Source: Callorhinchus milii (taxonomy: Eukaryota). Taken from it: a stretch of 64,000 bases of DNA. Shown here one piece after another: positions 60,547-64,000 of the stretch. Below the pieces are notes generated by a model. It searched no databases, was not told the origin of the DNA, and saw only the letters and a program-made list of their open reading frames with translations. Where the stretch lies: NCBI RefSeq assembly GCF_018977255.1, contig NW_024704747.1:19158001-19222000 (forward strand), read 5' to 3'. Every line of letters begins with the position of its first letter. The first letter of the stretch is position 1. The position numbers and the translations under genes are program-made.

Positions 60547-61304
60547 GGGGTATTGCTAGTGAGGCTTAGTTATCAGAGCAGTGTGGAGTGACAATGTAGG
60601 TAATGTGCCACGGCAGAGAGAGGCAGAGTCCGGAGAGGGCGCATATAGAGATACCTCCTCCCGGAAGTTTAGATCAATTGTGTTTTTGAGATTTTGATTC
60701 AACAAGGATAATCAATAAGGGCACTCAACCAATATTTTCCTTGTACTTTATCAACATCATGTGCTTGCTTTTCTAAATTGAAATCTTTTTAAGTAAATAG
60801 TTGGTTGTCATTGCAACTGGATTCAGACTCGTTTTGCTCGATGGCAGAGAGAGAGAGAGAGAGAGGGGAAAAAAGAGGTTAAATGAGACCTGACAACATT
60901 AGGAAAATGCCACAAGTGACATTTGGAATCAGGACAAAAGACAGATTGCAAACCCATTTAAAGCTGCATTCATTGGAAAGACTGGATTACACCAGATTGA
61001 ATTGCATCTAAAGTTAGATGAATGATTTTCATTCATTATGACTGACACTTTGCATGTCTGATTACCAATGCTGATGCGTCTGTATAACAATAATCCTTCC
61101 TTGCTTTTCCACTTTGTTAAACACTGGCCTAGGTAATAATATAAACTAACAATACTAATCGTAATATTTGATATGGCACCCTAACACATCATTAAGATGT
61201 CTCAAAGCACTTCACAGGATTGTGACTGCATTTTGTAGGTGAATATGGTAGTCAATTTCTGTGCTGCAATGTCCCACAAGCAGCCATGAAGTGAATGAAG
61301 AATT

Positions 61305-61732
61305 TTATAATAATAATGCTTGCATTTGATATAACGCCTTATCATGTTATTCAGATTTCTCAAAGCACTTCACTGGATAAATGGTAAAAGTGGATTGATT
61401 GTGTTTTATGTGGGATAAATGTGGCAGCCAGTTGCGCACAGCAATGCCCCACAGACAGCCATGGAGTGAGTGACCAATTTTTTTTTTTATTCGGGTGATT
61501 GTTGGCCTGGACACCAGGAGAAACTCCCTTCTCATTTCATATAGTGGCATGGGATCATTCACGGAATCCACCTGAACAGGCAGATGGTACCTCAGTTTAA
61601 TGTCTTATCTGAAGGACGGCTACTCTGACACTGGAACACCCCCACCAGCACTGCATTGGAGTGTCGGCTTAGACAATGCAAATCCAAGTCCTGAACCCAC
61701 AACCTTCTGAGTCAGAGATGATAGTGCTACCA
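61305..61732 (-). mobile_element. near full-length Deu-domain SINE
   Basis: Tail, Deu core and head all present; flanked by further SINE tail fragments. Confidence 0.85.
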
Positions 61733-62840
61733 TTTTTATGTGAGGGATCATTGGCCAGGACACCGGGAGAAACCTCTCTCTAAATATTTCTTGTAGTGAA
61801 CTGTTCAGAATACAAATAGGCTTGTGGAAGTGCTTATTGGCTAATAACTCACAGTTATGAGTTTAAATTGATTCATCATGTTGTAGAGTGCACTTGCCAT
61901 AATTAGTGCAAATAATAATAATAATATCCTTGCATTTGATGCAGCGCCTTATCACATTGCTGAGTTCCTCAAAGAACTTCATAGAATATACTGTAAAGTG
62001 AATTGACTGTATATTTTGTGGACGAAACGCGGCAGCCAATTGCTCACAGCAGTGCCCTACAAACGGGTGGATTGAGTAACAAAATTATTATTTTAATTCA
62101 TTTTTGAAGGGATTATTACCCATGGAAAGCAAAATTCTGTATTCATTAGTACTAACCACGTCATAGTTATTTCCAACAATAGGATCCCTTCAAAATAGGT
62201 TTTCTGCTGCCAGCTTATCTGGCTAGTAATATCAGAGACTCTGAGTATCAGTGGAATCTTCAATTGCATCTTAGAGCAGTCTAACAGTAAGGAAGATGGG
62301 CTCTGATCAGCTAAGCAATTTTATGGCTATTGTTTGCAACTGCAGTTTGTTCTGATGGGCTTTGATTGTGGTATAAATCAATACTAATTTTGTTCTAAAA
62401 AGCCGCATCCATTTGGGGCACAATGGGCAGAATCCAGTGACTTGAATTACAAGCACGGTGGCTGCAACTTATCTAATTCCTCGCTGCCTGATGTCTGCCA
62501 TTAACAAAGGCTTTTTGATGCGCAATATGATACACAACGAGACTGACAGAAGAAAGGAAAAATTACTCTGGTTATAAGACATTTATAGCTGTCCAAAGAA
62601 ATTAAATAAAAATCCATTCATAGATACCTCACATATATCTGTGTACTGAGTGTAAAAGGAAATAAGTACATGTCTGCTGGTCGGCAGCCCATTAATAGGA
62701 ATTTCAGTGTAGTAACACTTGCCTGGATGCAGATTCCATTGGCATAAAAATACCATTAAAAAATGCTTGCATTTGATACACGCCTTCACCTTGTGAAGAT
62801 ATTTCAAAGGGCTTCACAGGATTTACTGAGAAGTATAGAG

Positions 62841-63078
62841 ACCGGGTAGGTGCAGTCGATCGTAATCAATTTCAACCAGTCAATGGTAATCAACTTCTTG
62901 GAGTGTCAAGAAGTGGCCTGCCGCCCACCCACACCAGTCCAAGCAAGTCTGCGCTAAATCAATAACTTGTTTCTAGTAGCTACCAAGCCACAATACCCAT
63001 GGCGCGGCCATAAATGAAGAAGGATTCAATGAAGAAACATTTATTTGCTTGGCTGACCAAAAAGGTTGGTTACCACTG
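62841..63078. mobile_element. possible hAT/Charlie-type MITE remnant inside a - strand Deu-SINE (~62760-63320)
   Basis: Right end AAAAAGGTTGGTTACCACTG resembles a Charlie-type TIR; left end and target-site duplication are degenerate. Confidence 0.4.
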
Positions 63079-63744
63079 GTGTAAATGAATGTGACATACA
63101 ATTTTTGCGCACAACAATGTCCAACAAACAGCCATGATGTGAATAACTGATTTTATTTGGGGAATTGTTTGCAAGACACCGGGAGCAACTCCCTTCTCTT
63201 TTCAAATAGTCTCAATGGGATCTTTAACATCCACCCGAACAGGCAGATGGGACCTCGGTTTAATTTATCTTCTGAAGGACGGCACCTCAAACAATGTAGC
63301 GTTCCCCAGCACTGTATTGGAGAACATCTAAAGCTGTTCTCACCTGAATGTTGGCTTTGAGGCACAAGGCTATGATGCAAGTAGCATGATGTTAGTTGAT
63401 ATAATCAAACACAAAACAGTGAGGAGCACACATGAGGAAACCTTAGTAGACTATTTGTTTGTGACAGTAGACTAGATTTAAAATTGAAAAGCCTCAACCA
63501 GAGATAGAGGTAAAAATGATTCCTTCCTTACTACACCACTAACACAGAGTAGTGAATCTGTGCAATGGACTTCCAATGAAGGCATTTGGTGCTGTGTTAA
63601 TTAATTCCTTTAAGAATAACTGCATCAGCATGAGATTAGTGTTTATGAACATTGTGCAGACTTAGGTGAACAAATATAGGACCTATTGCTTTCTTCTGTT
63701 CCTGATCACTATCCAATAGAATATAATCTTTCATTGGGAGGACA

Positions 63745-63860
63745 TGAAAGGTGCTATACAAACTGTACTGGCTGGGCATCTGAGATAGGATTGGGAGCTG
63801 AGGGAGGTGGGGAGGGGAAAGCTCAGTCAAAGAGGTAGGTCTTGAGACGGACCTTAAAGC
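63745..63860 (-). mobile_element. short L2 3' fragment
   Basis: GGTAGGTCTTGAGACGGACCTTAAAG matches the reverse complement of the L2 end seen in other copies. Confidence 0.55.
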
Positions 63861-64000
63861 AACAGTAACCTCTGCTGCGAGTTGCACCAAAGTGCGCGCA
63901 CAAGTAGTGCCTGTGTTACTTATTCCAGACTAGTAGCCTGCCAACATTACTATAATAAAGCAGTGACTATCCAAGGAAAGAGAAGATAACTAGTGCCTGT

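Overview
Eukaryotic (vertebrate) genomic DNA. The repeat content (Deu-domain SINEs, L2 and CR1 LINE 3' ends, a shark-type dispersed repeat) suggests a cartilaginous fish, possibly a chimaera; this is an inference. Five spliced genes were rebuilt by hand, with exon phases joining into open frames: the 5' three exons of a CDK2/CDK3-type PSTAIRE kinase (-, runs off the left edge), complete DNAJB11/ERdj3 (-, 10 exons, 360 aa), complete TBCCD1 (+, 6 coding exons, 555 aa), gammaS-crystallin (+, 3 exons, 174 aa) and a 14-exon LCMT2/TYW4 (-, 686 aa). Past 49 kb there is a 1.7-kb C-rich minisatellite and then repeat-rich sequence with no recognisable gene. Most notable: (1) the kinase mixes CDK2 and CDK3 residues and sits in the DNAJB11-TBCCD1-CRYGS block, so it may be a third CDK2/3 paralog; (2) several locally templated insertions, one of which creates a 97-bp inverted repeat bracketing LCMT2 exon 4; (3) a young tRNA-Ala-headed SINE that shares its tail with Deu-SINEs and L2 and is repeatedly nested in older SINE tails; (4) a clean solo LTR; (5) two GC-AG introns, an intronic ERSE, an X-box and tandem NRF1 sites. 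No database searches were possible, so novelty is unverified.
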